Source: Pristiophorus japonicus
Taxonomy: Eukaryota
DNA length: 64,000 nt
NCBI RefSeq assembly: GCF_044704955.1
Contig: NC_092010.1
Location: 39,308,001-39,372,000 of the forward strand
Direction of reading: 5' to 3'
The first letter of the stretch is position 1; each line of letters starts with the position of its first letter. The notes under the pieces were generated by a model, which was not told the DNA's origin, made no database searches, and was given only the letters and a program-made list of their open reading frames with translations. Below, one piece after another: positions 63,251 to 64,000 of the stretch. A program made the position numbers and the translations under genes.

Positions 63251-64000
63251 CTCTAGTGTGGGTGGCCCCAGCCAGGAGAAGAGGGGTAAGACGTGGAAAC
63301 TGGAGAGCAAATTGGATAAACCAAAATGCGCTCGGTGTGTTGAATTCTTGCTCTGAGCTGTGGAGCTGTTGGGTTGAAGAATAACTTCAGAAGGCTCTTA
63401 AGACAGTTCATAGACAACACTGGCAGGGGCCTAGGTGGAGGTTATCTGCTTGACTCTTTCAGTTGGCGATTGTATCCTGGAAAATCTAAAAGGGGAAGCC
63501 AAGAAAATAAAATCGATGTATTTTTTAAATGACTCCATCTTCATTATAACATGATCCTGGGAACCCAGTGTATATTTATCTCCTAACCAGGTGCTTAGTA
63601 TCATTAATATCCCATAATTTATTTTCTCTTATAATAGCCTCGTGCAAGAAAGTTGGGAGCCAAGGGCAAGATGCTCTGGTTTTCTTTACTCCCAGTTGTT
63701 TCCCCTTCGTTTCCTCCCCACCCACCCCGTGCTCCTGAAACCTTTCTCCTCACCGAAGGGCACTGGTCATCTTCAAGTACCTTGTCCAAATGACCATTCT
63801 TCATCAGTGAGCCGAGTCAGTGAGTTGCAGCAGCCTTCTCGACAACCGTGATCAGTCTTGCCCGAGTTACACCGGTTTGGCTGACAGACACAATCGGTTC
63901 TTTATCTTAAATCACAAGTTTTAGAACGTGACTGTGCTTGTGCATTGGGAGCACGGAAGGGCTTTCAGCCTTCCCCTGCTCTTGTCCACAGCCCTGTGCC

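Noticed and set aside
44200-64000. SLC39A5 or ANKRD52 exons expected from human synteny
   Set aside because: No recognisable ZIP-transporter or ankyrin sequence found in the window

Overview
Vertebrate genomic DNA, almost certainly a shark (cartilaginous fish): the repeats are DeuSINE/SacSINE1-like SINEs, CR1/L2/RTE LINEs and a Gypsy relic. Two head-to-head genes are present. On the minus strand are the first two coding exons of RNF41 (Nrdp1 RING E3 ligase; the gene runs off the left edge), plus candidate non-coding exons at ~17.5 kb and ~31.9 kb. On the plus strand is a complete six-coding-exon SOSS-B/SSB gene (214 aa), called NABP2 from synteny and its S117-Q site, though it has several NABP1-like features. 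A CpG-rich promoter at ~32 kb is probably bidirectional, and there is a second CCAAT-rich promoter-like patch at ~18.4 kb. Most of the rest is nested, decayed transposons, which explain nearly all long ORFs in the track. I found no CRISPR, rRNA or functional tRNA gene, and no clearly new multi-gene system. Best leads: a chain of overlapping uORFs in the inferred RNF41 leader; a 1.38-kb GGG...CCC insertion with a 9-bp TSD (Mutator-like); a perfect 53-bp templated inverted copy; a twin-priming-like RTE inversion; and a non-autonomous RTE-tailed element family. Exon junctions were read base by base; repeat boundaries are approximate; family names and human comparisons are from memory, not database searches.
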